From positions 1 through 64,000 of the forward strand of contig JBEBGD010000002.1 in assembly GCA_040081625.1 (NCBI GenBank): a stretch of DNA of 64,000 nt. Direction: 5' to 3'. Source of the stretch: Chthoniobacteraceae bacterium. Lineage in GTDB: Bacteria > Verrucomicrobiota > Verrucomicrobiia > Chthoniobacterales > Chthoniobacteraceae. The notes beneath the pieces were generated by a model. It saw nothing but the letters and a program-made list of their open reading frames with translations. It was not told where the DNA came from and ran no database searches. Position 1 is the stretch's first letter, and each line of letters begins with the position of its first letter. The translations under genes and the position numbers were made by a program. Below, piece by piece: positions 1-9,485 of this stretch.

Positions 1-56
1 GCATACGCCCGCTCCCGCACGTCGCGCGCGCTCTGGATCAGAGATTCGATGTCCAT
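1..56 (-). CDS. cdd: cytidine deaminase, 5' end only (runs off the window)
   Basis: Minus-strand ATG at 56 reads MDIESLIQSARDVRERAY(A), resembling the 'AxxARExAYAPYS' start of cytidine deaminases; only 18 codons are visible. Confidence 0.6.
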   Translation of the reverse strand, partial: MDIESLIQSARDVRERAY

Positions 57-152
57 GTAAGTCGTTGCTGGTTAGCGTGTTGATGTGATAGCTTCACGGC
101 CACCCGATTTTCGCGTTGCGCTTTTGCAGCACAATCGCAACAATCTCAAGCC

Positions 153-836
153 GTGGTTTCCACCCCGCGTTCATACTCCGGAAAACTCATTGCTGTCGAG
201 GGTCTCGATGGCTCGGGCAAATCCACGCAGATCTACCTCGTCAAGCGCTGGCTCGAGTTGGAAGGCTACCGCGTGTTCTTCACCGAGTGGAACTCCTCTG
301 TCCTCGTCAAGAAGTCCACCACCAAGGGCAAGAAGCGCCAGCTCCTCACCCCCACCACCTTCTCCCTCATCCACGCGACCGACTTCGCCGATCGCTACGA
401 ACGCCAGATCCTCCCCCTCCTCCGCGCCGGCTACATCGTCCTCGCGGATCGCTACGTCTTCACCGCCTTCGCCCGCGACGCCGTCCGCGGCTGCGACCCC
501 GCCTGGCTCGAGCAGCTCTACAGCTTCGCCGTGAAGCCCGACCTCACCTTCTACTTCCGCACCAAGCTCGAAGTCTCCCTCGCCCGCATCCTCGAAGGCC
601 GCCCCCAGCTCAAATTCCACGAAGCCGGCCTCGACATGGGCTGGAGCGCCGACCCTTACGAAAGCTTCCGCATCTTCCAGGGCCGCATCCACGAGCAATA
701 CGAAGCCATGCTCCCGCGCTTCGGCTTCACCACCATCGACGCCACCCGCGAGATCCACCAGCAGCAGAGCGAAGTCCGCCGCATCATCGCCGACCAAATC
801 GACCTCCCCACCTTCCGCCGCCCCGCCGCCCGCTAA
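153..836 (+). CDS. tmk: thymidylate kinase family protein (paralog 1)
   Basis: P-loop IAVEGLDGSGKST, LADRY motif, PDLTFY. Confidence 0.88.
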   Translation: MVSTPRSYSGKLIAVEGLDGSGKSTQIYLVKRWLELEGYRVFFTEWNSSVLVKKSTTKGKKRQLLTPTTFSLIHATDFADRYERQILPLLRAGYIVLADRYVFTAFARDAVRGCDPAWLEQLYSFAVKPDLTFYFRTKLEVSLARILEGRPQLKFHEAGLDMGWSADPYESFRIFQGRIHEQYEAMLPRFGFTTIDATREIHQQQSEVRRIIADQIDLPTFRRPAAR

Positions 837-854
837 GAGATGCCAGCGCCCCTC

Positions 855-942
855 TCTTAATCGTAATCCTAATCTTAATCCTAATCTCAATCCCAATCCG
901 TCCCCGATACGAAAGGGAGTAAGATTAAGATCAGGATTAAGA
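855..942. repeat. imperfect palindrome with hexamer (AATCNN) tandem-repeat arms
   Basis: Seven AATCNN units at 859-900; 917-942 is GAGTAAGATTAAGATCAGGATTAAGA, an approximate reverse complement. Confidence 0.85.
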
Positions 943-965
943 ACCCCAGCCGCCCGCTAACTCAA

Positions 966-1670
966 ATGCCCGCCGCCAAAAAATCCTTCTTCGGCCGCAT
1001 CCCCCCCGAAGTCGCCGACCCCCACTTCGCCGGCAAACTCTTCGTCATCGAAGGCGCCGACGGCTCCGGCCGCTCCACCCAGATCGCCCAGCTCACCCAG
1101 TGGCTCGAGAGCAAAGGCTTCGCCGTCCGCCAGCTCGGCCTCCTGCGCTCCAATCTCGTCGCCGAAGAGCTCGAAGAAGCCAAAGGCGGCAACGTCCTCA
1201 CCCAGACCACCCTCACCCTCTTCTACGCCACCGACTTCTTCGACCAGCAAGTCCACGACCTCATCCCAGCCCTGCGCGCCGGCCTCATCGTCATCGCCGA
1301 CCGCTACGTCTATACCCTCATGGCCCGCGCCATCGTCCGCGGCGCCGACCGCGCCTGGACCCGCAACCTCTACAGCCCCGCCCTCGTCCCCGACGCCGTC
1401 TTCTACTTCCGCGTCGGCGCCCGCCAGCTAGTCGAGCGCAACTTCCTCAAGAACGCCACCCTCGACTACTGGGAGAGCGGCATGGACCTCGGCCTCGCCC
1501 GCGACATGTTCGACAGCTTCATCAAATACCAGCGCCTCCTCGCCGCGCAGTTCGTCGAGATGCAAAAAAAATACGGCTTCGAAGTCATCAACGCCAACCA
1601 GCGCGTCGATCGCATCCAGCGCGACCTCCGCCGCCGCATCGGCGGCCTGCTTTCCATCGAGGCGGAGTAG
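966..1670 (+). CDS. thymidylate kinase-like protein (paralog 2, P-loop K-to-R)
   Basis: VIEGADGSGRST, IADRY, PDAVFY; ESGMDLGL parallels EAGLDMGW of paralog 1. Confidence 0.85.
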   Translation: MPAAKKSFFGRIPPEVADPHFAGKLFVIEGADGSGRSTQIAQLTQWLESKGFAVRQLGLLRSNLVAEELEEAKGGNVLTQTTLTLFYATDFFDQQVHDLIPALRAGLIVIADRYVYTLMARAIVRGADRAWTRNLYSPALVPDAVFYFRVGARQLVERNFLKNATLDYWESGMDLGLARDMFDSFIKYQRLLAAQFVEMQKKYGFEVINANQRVDRIQRDLRRRIGGLLSIEAE

Positions 1671-1736
1671 CCGCACCTCCTGCTCGAAGTTCCGGGTGCC
1701 CCCGCCGGGCGTCTGTGCCAGTCTCGCGCGAACGAC

Positions 1737-3158
1737 ATGGGCGACGAGATCGACACCATCCATTTCACCAAGAGCGACTTCGAGGAGTTTCACCGCCGGC
1801 TTGCCGGCGAGACGGCGTTGCTCGGTCGCTGGTTCGACGGGGGGCGCTTCGAGGAGACCGAGCCGATCGGCGGATTTGAAGTCGAGGCGTGGCTTGTCGA
1901 TCGCGCCGGTCTGCCGGTGCCGCGCAATGAAGAGTTCCTCCAGCACCTCGATCATCCGCTCGTGGTGCCGGAGCTTGCGCGTTTCAATGTGGAGCTCAAT
2001 GCCGCGGCCGTCCGGCTGCGCGGCGACGCGCTGAGCGCGACGCAACGCGGGATCGAGGAGACGTGGCGGCGCTGCGGTGAAGTGGCGGGCGAACTCGGCA
2101 TGGAAGCGATGCTCGTCGGCATCCTCCCGAGCCTGCGCGACAGCGAGCTGACGCTCGAAAACCTCTCCCCCATGAAGCGCTACCGCGCGCTGAATGAACA
2201 GGTCTTCCGCCTCCGCCGCGGCAAGCCAATCACGCTCGACATCGAGGGCCGCGAGCATCTGCGGGCAATCCATCACGACGTGATGCTCGAAGCCGCCGCG
2301 ACATCCTTCCAAATCCACCTCCAGGTCAGCCCCGCGAAGGCCGTCCGCTATTACAATGCCTCGGTCATCCTCTCCGCGCCGATGGTCGCGATGAGCGCAA
2401 ACTCACCCTTCCTCTTCGGCCGCGACCTGTGGGATGAGACGCGCATCCCGCTCTTCGAGCAGGCCGTCCGCCTCGCGCCGCTCGACGGCCCGGAGCCGAA
2501 CCGCGTGACGCTCGGCACCGACTACGCGCGCGCGTCGCTGCACGAGTTCTTCGCGGAGAATCTCGCGAGCTATCCCGTGCTGCTGCCGACGCTGATGGAC
2601 GAGCCGCCCGAGCGCCTCGCCCATGTGCGCCTGCTCAACGGCACCATCTGGCGCTGGAACCGCCCGCTCATCGGCTTCAACGAGCAAGGCGTCCCGCACG
2701 TGCGCATCGAGCACCGCGTGATGCCCGCCGGCCCGAGCATCGCCGACATGATCGCCAACGCCGCGCTCTACTTCGGCCTCGCCGAGATGCTCGCCAACGC
2801 GCCCGCCGCGCCCGAGGCCGCGCTCCCGTTCGCGCAAGCGCAGGCGAATCTCTACGCCGCCGCGCGCGATGGCCTGGGCGCGCAGATCGCGTGGCTCGAT
2901 GGCAGGACCGTCGCGATGCGCGAGCTGCTGCTGCGCGAGCTGCTGCCGCTGGCGAGGCGCGGGTTGGAGAAGCTCGAGTTCGATCGCGAGGACATCGCGC
3001 GTTACCTCGGCATCATCGAGAGCCGGGTCGCGAGCGGGCAGAACGGCGCCGCGTGGCAGCGGGCGCACGTCGCGCGGCACGGCGCGGACATGCAGGCGCT
3101 CACTTGCGCCTACCGCGAGCACCAGCGCAGCGGCGCGCCGGTGCATGAATGGACGTGA
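1737..3158 (+). CDS. glutamate--cysteine ligase family 2 (GCS2-like) protein
   Basis: GFEVE, ELARFNVELN, SFQIHLQV, SANSPF, RIEHR motifs. Confidence 0.8.
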   Translation: MGDEIDTIHFTKSDFEEFHRRLAGETALLGRWFDGGRFEETEPIGGFEVEAWLVDRAGLPVPRNEEFLQHLDHPLVVPELARFNVELNAAAVRLRGDALSATQRGIEETWRRCGEVAGELGMEAMLVGILPSLRDSELTLENLSPMKRYRALNEQVFRLRRGKPITLDIEGREHLRAIHHDVMLEAAATSFQIHLQVSPAKAVRYYNASVILSAPMVAMSANSPFLFGRDLWDETRIPLFEQAVRLAPLDGPEPNRVTLGTDYARASLHEFFAENLASYPVLLPTLMDEPPERLAHVRLLNGTIWRWNRPLIGFNEQGVPHVRIEHRVMPAGPSIADMIANAALYFGLAEMLANAPAAPEAALPFAQAQANLYAAARDGLGAQIAWLDGRTVAMRELLLRELLPLARRGLEKLEFDREDIARYLGIIESRVASGQNGAAWQRAHVARHGADMQALTCAYREHQRSGAPVHEWT

Positions 3159-3170
3159 GCGGGCGGCGCG

Positions 3171-3887
3171 CTACGCCACCTCGCGCACGCGCACGTCGCC
3201 AGTCACGCCTACGAGCTGCGCGGTGGTGTCGTTGCGGGCGAGCTTTTGCAGCGGCACTTTCGCTTTGCCGATCTTCAGGCTGCCAATCTCCTCCGCGGCG
3301 AAGCCGAACCCGTCGCGCAGATTGCCGTTCGTCCCGAACGCCGCACCGCTCACAGTGATGCTCGCGATCTTGGCCACGATGGCGTTGCCGCCGCCGATCA
3401 GCGCGTCGTCGGCCGTGGCGAAGATGCCGTCCGTCCCGGCACGCACGCCGCCAGCCAGATCGCTGGCGATCCACTGGCCTTTGACGAACACTTTTCCGAT
3501 CGCCACGTCCGCATTCACCGGGGCACCGGTCGCGTCGTATCCGGCGAGGATCTCCGAGGCGCTCACGCTGCCGCCGATGGTGATGCTCTTGATCGCCACC
3601 GCCGCGGCGGGCGTCCCGGGATTCCCAAAGCCGGACGCGAGGACGCTCACACCGTCGAAGTTGAGCGCCTTGATCACGCTGGTGAGTGGCCCCTTCGTGG
3701 ATTTGATCTTTACGAGGTCGCCGTCCCAGTCGGTGAAAGTGGCGCTCTTGCCATTGGCCGCCACGACCACATCGGCGGTGCCGAAGCCGGAGACCACGTA
3801 GGCCGCACCGCGGTCGGCGCCGCCTTCGTTTGCGCCGGAAGCACCGACGATCACGTCGGCAAAGCCGTCGCCATTCACGTCCCCGGC
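3171..3887 (-). pseudogene. C-terminal remnant of an FG-GAP repeat surface protein
   Basis: One FG-GAP repeat (AGDVNGDGFADVIVGA...GAAYVV) starts upstream of the only available GTG; no signal peptide; Gly-rich beta-type tail. Confidence 0.5.
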
Positions 3888-3906
3888 GTAAAACGATACG
3901 CCGATC

Positions 3907-5049
3907 TCACTCCTCGAGCGTGATCGTCCGGCGGATTTCCTCGGTCTTGAAACCGAGCGCGCTCGGCATGATCACGCCGGGCAGCACGGCCACGTCGTAA
4001 AGCTCGCGCACGATGCCCTCGATGGTGAGCGAGTGCGCGATGTCGCCGGTGCGCAGGTCCACCACGAGCAGACCGCAGCGCGGCTGCACGTCCTTCGCCG
4101 CGAGTGCGTCGTCGAGCGGCAGGCCGGAGAAGGTGCGGTTCTCGCGGCAGGTGCTGAGGCCGATGACGGCGAAGTGCCCGACGATCGCGAGCCCACGCGC
4201 GTAGCCGGGGCAAAAGCAGATCGGCTCGAACTTCCCGCTCGCGAGATCGACGGTGCCGAACTCGCCCGCGCCGCTGTTGAGCACGTAAAGTTTTCCGTCG
4301 TGCCAGCGCGGCGAGTGCGGCATCGAGAGGCCGCGACAGACGACTTCATTCGCCTGCACGTCGATGATCACCCCGCCGTCGCGCCGCTTCTCGCGCCAGC
4401 CCTCGTGGACGTCGCTCGCGCTCACCGCGGTGGTGAAGGCGGGCGCGCCATCGCGGAGCGCGAGGCCGTTCAAGTGGCAGCGATCCTCGGCGGCGAGCTT
4501 CGTGATGAATGGCGGCTGCCAGACCGGGCGGAAGCTGTGCGTCTCGCTCGGCGCGGCGACACACGAGAAGAGCGTATTCACGAAGAGCGGCCGGCCCTGC
4601 TCTACTTCTGCTTCTTCATCTTCATCTGCTTCGTTCCGCACCCCCGTTCCGCGCTCCGCGCGGGAAGCAGATGAAGATGAAGAAGCAGAAGCAGAGGGAA
4701 CGGCCAGTGCGATGTCGTGCGCATCCACGTCGCCTGTCGTGTAGCCGAGCTGCGGGACGTAGAGCCGATCGTATCCATCCGGCGCGCGCTGGCCGGCGGG
4801 GAGCGCATTTTCAAAGCGCCAAATCTGATAGACCGAACTCATCCACAGCGTCTGCGCATCGGGCGAAACGGCGAGGCCCATGCAGCGCTCGAAGGTGCGC
4901 TCGAAGATGCTCAGCTTTCCGTCCGGCTTCACGCCGATGAGGAAGAGCTTGCCGGTCTGATACGTCGTGAACGCGAGCGACGCGCGCTGCTCGCGCAGCC
5001 ACGAGGGGAAGTTGCGGGAGCCGGCGATCTCGAGCTGGGGCGCGGTCAT
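3907..5049 (-). CDS. TIGR03032 / DUF4915 family protein
   Basis: SLAFTTYQTGKL, TGDVDAHD, FVNTLFSC, EDRCHLNGLA, LSMPHSPRW motifs; ATG overlaps the vapC stop (ATGA). Confidence 0.88.
   Translation of the reverse strand: MTAPQLEIAGSRNFPSWLREQRASLAFTTYQTGKLFLIGVKPDGKLSIFERTFERCMGLAVSPDAQTLWMSSVYQIWRFENALPAGQRAPDGYDRLYVPQLGYTTGDVDAHDIALAVPSASASSSSSASRAERGTGVRNEADEDEEAEVEQGRPLFVNTLFSCVAAPSETHSFRPVWQPPFITKLAAEDRCHLNGLALRDGAPAFTTAVSASDVHEGWREKRRDGGVIIDVQANEVVCRGLSMPHSPRWHDGKLYVLNSGAGEFGTVDLASGKFEPICFCPGYARGLAIVGHFAVIGLSTCRENRTFSGLPLDDALAAKDVQPRCGLLVVDLRTGDIAHSLTIEGIVRELYDVAVLPGVIMPSALGFKTEEIRRTITLEE
4600..4696. repeat. 33-bp inverted repeat with hexamer-periodic arms inside the TIGR03032 CDS
   Basis: 4600-4632 versus 4664-4696 differ by one mismatch; 31-nt loop. 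Confidence 0.92.
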
Positions 5050-5453
5050 GCCGGCTGGATGGTCGGCACCGCGCGCAGTTTCAATCCGAAAGGCACGAAC
5101 CGCTCGAAGTCCTTCACGTTCCGCGTCGCCACGGGGATGTGCGCGGCCATCGCCGCGGCGGCGATCATGCAGTCCGCGTGCGACCCGCGCCGCCGGCCCG
5201 TCCGGTGGAAAAGGCGCGACGCGTCCTCGGCCTGCCGCCACGTAAAGTCGGCCACACGCTGCTCGATCACCGCGAAGATCGCGTCCTTCTGCTCCATCGT
5301 GAGCGGCCCGTTGCAAAACTCCGACCACGCGATCGCGGACACGCCGAACTTCTCCCCATCGCTCAACCACTGCCGGATCACCGCGATGTGCGGCGACCCG
5401 GCTGTGATGAGATCGATCAGCAGGTTCGTGTCGAGGTGCAGCGTAGCGCTCAC
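5046..5453 (-). CDS. vapC: PIN-domain toxin (VapC family)
   Basis: HLDTNLLI, AWSEF, ADCMIAAAA, ATRNVKDF; GTG start overlaps the antitoxin stop. Confidence 0.9.
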   Translation of the reverse strand: MSATLHLDTNLLIDLITAGSPHIAVIRQWLSDGEKFGVSAIAWSEFCNGPLTMEQKDAIFAVIEQRVADFTWRQAEDASRLFHRTGRRRGSHADCMIAAAAMAAHIPVATRNVKDFERFVPFGLKLRAVPTIQPA

Positions 5454-5731
5454 CCTTCCCACCATTGCCGCCGGGCATCGCGCTCGGCGCGCACTTCCTC
5501 GCGGAACTCCCCGGCTTCCTTCACGCTGAGCCCGCCGCCTTTCTGGAGCCAGTCCAGGGCGTCTTGCGGCTTGAGTTGATGTTGGTGTTTGTCGGCTTCC
5601 ATCTTGGCTTGTCGGACTGCGCGGCGCATGACCTCGGATTTCGAGACGCCCCAGAGTTTCGCGAGCTCGTTGAGCACGCGGAGCGTTGCGGAATCGAGAG
5701 CCATGCTGGTTCGAGTGAGTGCGTAACTCAT
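5450..5731 (-). CDS. ribbon-helix-helix antitoxin (VapB/CopG-like)
   Basis: 93 aa, TRTSMALD...LAKLWGVSKSEVMRRAV RHH pattern, directly upstream of the PIN gene. Confidence 0.8.
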   Translation of the reverse strand: MSYALTRTSMALDSATLRVLNELAKLWGVSKSEVMRRAVRQAKMEADKHQHQLKPQDALDWLQKGGGLSVKEAGEFREEVRAERDARRQWWEG

Positions 5732-5750
5732 GTGGTAACACGTAACCACA
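5731..5750. promoter_or_regulatory. putative antitoxin autoregulatory operator
   Basis: Imperfect palindrome TGTGGTAAC-AC-GTAACCACA abutting the antitoxin ATG. Confidence 0.55.
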
Positions 5751-5784
5751 TCCACGCCGGTCGCAAGGATTTTTTCGCCGCCTT

Positions 5785-6552
5785 TTAGAAATCCGTGTCC
5801 GCCGCAGCGAGGTCGAGTTCCTTTATCCAAGCGTTGCGGTAGCGCACGTCGTGACCTTCGCACTGGAGCTTGAGACCCTGCGGCGAGTCGGTGATGCCGA
5901 AGCCCTTCTCGTTGCCGCCATCGACGCCCGAGCGCTCGCCGCCCCAGACCTTGTTGATGGTCACGTTCGTGTGGACCTTCTGCCCGTTGAAATACATCGA
6001 GACGAGCGGCTTCTCGACCATCTTGCCGTCCTTGAACCGCGCCGCGCGGAACACGATGTCGTAGGCGTTCCATTTCCCGATGCCGTTGTAGGCGTGATAA
6101 GGCGATTCCGTCTCGTTGATCACCGCGCCCATGCCGTGCTTGGTCTTGTCGCCATCGAGCACCTGGATCTCGAATCGGTTCTGCAAATACACGCCGCTGT
6201 TGCCGCGCGGCTTCGTGATGAGGAACTCGATGTGCAGCCGGAAATCGCGATACGCCTTCTTCGTCACGATGTCCGCCGTGCCAAACTTCCCGCCATCCGC
6301 CGCGCGATCATCCGTCATCACGCACGTCCCGCCGTCCACCGGATCGGCGACGATCTGCCACTTGATCGGCATCGCGGACTTGAAGCCCGGCCCCTCCCAA
6401 TAAATCCACTTCGCATCGAGCATCTCGCGCGAGCCGTCGATGATCGTCTCGGCTCCTGCGACCGGCTTCACGCCGACGCCGGTTTTCGGCTCGGTTGCAC
6501 GCCCGGACACCGCGAGGATGGAGAGAAGGATAAAGGAGGAGAGGCGTTTCAT
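5785..6552 (-). CDS. DUF1080 (3-keto-disaccharide hydrolase-like) secreted protein
   Basis: Signal peptide; DFRLHIEF, GNSGVYLQ, EIQVLD, LQCEGHDVRYRNAWI. Confidence 0.85.
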   Translation of the reverse strand: MKRLSSFILLSILAVSGRATEPKTGVGVKPVAGAETIIDGSREMLDAKWIYWEGPGFKSAMPIKWQIVADPVDGGTCVMTDDRAADGGKFGTADIVTKKAYRDFRLHIEFLITKPRGNSGVYLQNRFEIQVLDGDKTKHGMGAVINETESPYHAYNGIGKWNAYDIVFRAARFKDGKMVEKPLVSMYFNGQKVHTNVTINKVWGGERSGVDGGNEKGFGITDSPQGLKLQCEGHDVRYRNAWIKELDLAAADTDF

Positions 6553-6632
6553 CGGACCCGCTTTCTGCACGGTGCCCGCCCGCGTGCAAGCGCAACCTCC
6601 AAGAACCCATGCCCTGCCGGCTTGTATCGACC

Positions 6633-9482
6633 ATGAAGTTCCTCCGCCTTCTCGTCGTCGCCGGCGCCTCCACATTTGCCGCAACGCCCGATGCCAGCCT
6701 GCCCGACGGTTTCGAGCTCGTCCCCGCCGCGACGGCTCCGCTCGTGCAGCATCCGATCATGGCCGGGCTCGGCGAGCCGGGCGTCCTCTACGTGGCCGAC
6801 GCCGCGGGCGAGAACATGAACAAGGCGGACTTGGAGAAACATCTGCCGAACCGAGTCGTGCGGCTCGTGGATGCGAATGGCGACGGCACTTACGACAAGG
6901 CAACCGTGTTCGCGGATAAGATGACCTTCCCGCAAGGCGCGCTGTGGCTCGACGGCTCGCTCTTCGTGATGTCGCCGCCGGGCTTGTGGAAACTCACCGA
7001 CGGAGATGGAGACGGCGTGGCGGAGAAGCGCGAGATGCTCGTGGGCGGATTCGAATACACGGGCAATGCGGCGGACGTTCACGGACCGTTCCTGCACCCG
7101 AACGGACGGCTCTACTGGTGCCACGGGCGCAAGGGGCACAAGGTCGCGCAACGCGATGGCACGCTCGTGCATGAAGGGCTCGCGAGCGGGATCTGGTCGT
7201 GCGAGCGCGATGGCTCGGACGTGCGCTGGCACGCGCTCGGGTGCGGGGACAATCCGGTCGAGATCGACTTCACGCCCGAGGGCGAGATCCTCGGCACGCA
7301 GAATATCCAGTTCACCAATCCGCGCGCCGACACGATCGTGCATTGGCTGCGCGGCGGCGTGTATCCGCGGCCCGATCAGCTCAAGGCGATCGTAGGGCTG
7401 CCGCGCACACTCGACACGATGCCAGTCGTCCACAATTACGGCCATGTCGCGGTGAGCGGTTTCACCTTCTACCGCAGCGGCGCGTTCGATGGGAATTGGC
7501 GCGGCAACATGTTCGTGACGCACTTCAACACGCAGCGGCTCACGCGAATGGAAGTCTCGCGGGACGGCGCCAGCTACAAGGTGACCGAGCGCGAGTTCCT
7601 CAAGCTGCACAACCCCGACGTGCATCTCACCGACGTGCTCGAGGACCGCGACGGTTCGCTGCTCGTGCTCGACACCGGCGGTTGGTTTCGCATCGGCTGC
7701 CCGTCGTCGTTGATGGCGAAGCCGGAAATCGCCGGGGCCATCTACCGCGTGCGGAAAACGGGCGCGCCAGTGCAATGCGATCCGTGGGGCGCGGACGTGG
7801 CGGACGTGTGGAAGAGGGACGTGAAGGCGCTCATCACGGCGATCGGATCGAGCGACGAACGCATCGCGCGGGCAGCGGCAAATGCGCTCGCGACGAAGCA
7901 GGCTGCGGGCGCAATCCCCGCGTTAGTCAAGGCGCTCGACAACGCGGATCCCGGCGTGCAACTCGCCGCCGCGCACGCACTCGGCGCGCAGACTTCGCTC
8001 GACCAAAAGACAACCTCCGCGCTGCTCCGGCGCATCGGCGGCGAAGTGGATCGCGCGGTGGAACACCAGGCGATGTTCGCACTTCTCAATGCAGGCCAGC
8101 CCGGCCTGATCGCCGAGGCGCTCGGCGACAAAGACAAGCCGGTGCTTCAACGCCGCGCTCTCACTCTGCTCGATCAGCTTCCCGATGCGCCGCTCAGCGC
8201 GGCACGCGTGCTCCCTTTGCTCGACGCCTCCGACACCGCGCTCGCGACGAAAGCCGCGGAGGTCGCCGCGCGCCGCGGCGATTGGGATACAGCCGCGCAT
8301 TTCGCCGCATGGCTCGAAAAGCGCCCGATCTCCGCTGAAAGGCTCGCGCTCATCGAACGCGTCGCTCCGACGCAACTCGGCGCGATGACGGAAGTCGTCA
8401 CGACGCTGCTCGATCGTGCGCCGCAAACCGCGTGGCGAATCCTCGCCGCCGGAGACAGCGCGAAAGGCCCGGCGGCGTGGAGCACCTCGCTCCGCAGATC
8501 GCTCGGGTCCGCGTCGCCTGCCGATCTCCCGCTGGTGCTGGCCGCCGCGACGAAAGTCGGCACGCCTGAGTTGCGCGGAGCGATGCGCGAATTCTCCGAC
8601 GACGCGAAGCAGCCGCTCGCGTTCCGGCTCAAGGCGCTCGGCGCCTCGACCGATCGCAGCAAGCCGCTGCCCGCGGAATCGTTCGATCTGCTCAAGCGCG
8701 CGCTCGGCGATGCGTCGTCGTCCGCGCGCCTCGAGGCATCGCGCATCCTCGCCAGCGCAAAGCTCGCGAAGGAACAAGTGCTCGCGCTCGCACCGATCAT
8801 TCCGACACTCGGTCCCCTGGAACTGCGGGAGTTTCTCAAGGCCTTCCGCGGCTGGTTGAAGACGGAGAACGCGCTCGCGCTCGCGCAGGCACTGAAGAAT
8901 TCCGTCGTGCTCGCGACCATTCAGGAGAGCGAGATCCGGACGGTTTTCTCCGACGCGAAGCCGGAGATTTTCGCCGAGATCGCGCCGGCGCTCGCGGCGC
9001 TCGCCGCAGACGATGCAGCACGGCGGCGCCTGCTCGAGACGCTGCCCGCGCGAATCGCGAAGGAGGGCCGCGCCGTCGAAGGTCGAAAGCTGTTCGAGTC
9101 CAACATTGGCGCGTGCGCGACATGCCACCGCGTCGGCGACGTTGGCAATCTCGTCGGCCCAAACCTGAGCACGATCGGCAACATCCGCATCGAGCGCGAT
9201 CTGCTCGAGTCCATCCTCTTCCCGGACAACTCACTCGCGCGCGACTACGAGGCGCACGCGATCGAGACGGCGGATGGGCGCAGCTTCGTCGGCGTGGTGC
9301 GCGGCAGCCTGCCGGACGTGCTGGTGTTCGCGGATGCCGGCGCGCAGGAGCATCGCATCCCACACACACAGATCACCGCGAACACGACGCTGCCGACTTC
9401 ACTCATGCCCGCGGGCCTCGACAAAGCGATGACCGAGCAACAACTCCTCGACCTCGTCGCGTATCTCCGCAGCCGGAAATAA
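6633..9482 (+). CDS. PVC-type heme-binding CxxCH protein (dehydrogenase-like propeller, HEAT repeats, cytochrome c)
   Basis: Signal peptide, DxNGDG repeats, HEAT-like Ala/Leu helices, CATCH...VGPNLS...SLMPAGL. Confidence 0.88.
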   Translation: MKFLRLLVVAGASTFAATPDASLPDGFELVPAATAPLVQHPIMAGLGEPGVLYVADAAGENMNKADLEKHLPNRVVRLVDANGDGTYDKATVFADKMTFPQGALWLDGSLFVMSPPGLWKLTDGDGDGVAEKREMLVGGFEYTGNAADVHGPFLHPNGRLYWCHGRKGHKVAQRDGTLVHEGLASGIWSCERDGSDVRWHALGCGDNPVEIDFTPEGEILGTQNIQFTNPRADTIVHWLRGGVYPRPDQLKAIVGLPRTLDTMPVVHNYGHVAVSGFTFYRSGAFDGNWRGNMFVTHFNTQRLTRMEVSRDGASYKVTEREFLKLHNPDVHLTDVLEDRDGSLLVLDTGGWFRIGCPSSLMAKPEIAGAIYRVRKTGAPVQCDPWGADVADVWKRDVKALITAIGSSDERIARAAANALATKQAAGAIPALVKALDNADPGVQLAAAHALGAQTSLDQKTTSALLRRIGGEVDRAVEHQAMFALLNAGQPGLIAEALGDKDKPVLQRRALTLLDQLPDAPLSAARVLPLLDASDTALATKAAEVAARRGDWDTAAHFAAWLEKRPISAERLALIERVAPTQLGAMTEVVTTLLDRAPQTAWRILAAGDSAKGPAAWSTSLRRSLGSASPADLPLVLAAATKVGTPELRGAMREFSDDAKQPLAFRLKALGASTDRSKPLPAESFDLLKRALGDASSSARLEASRILASAKLAKEQVLALAPIIPTLGPLELREFLKAFRGWLKTENALALAQALKNSVVLATIQESEIRTVFSDAKPEIFAEIAPALAALAADDAARRRLLETLPARIAKEGRAVEGRKLFESNIGACATCHRVGDVGNLVGPNLSTIGNIRIERDLLESILFPDNSLARDYEAHAIETADGRSFVGVVRGSLPDVLVFADAGAQEHRIPHTQITANTTLPTSLMPAGLDKAMTEQQLLDLVAYLRSRK

Positions 9483-9485
9483 TCC

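Noticed and set aside
3907..5478. 523-aa ORF suggesting an N-terminally extended TIGR03032
   Set aside because: The extension overlaps vapC in another frame; the family sequence begins at ATG 5049.
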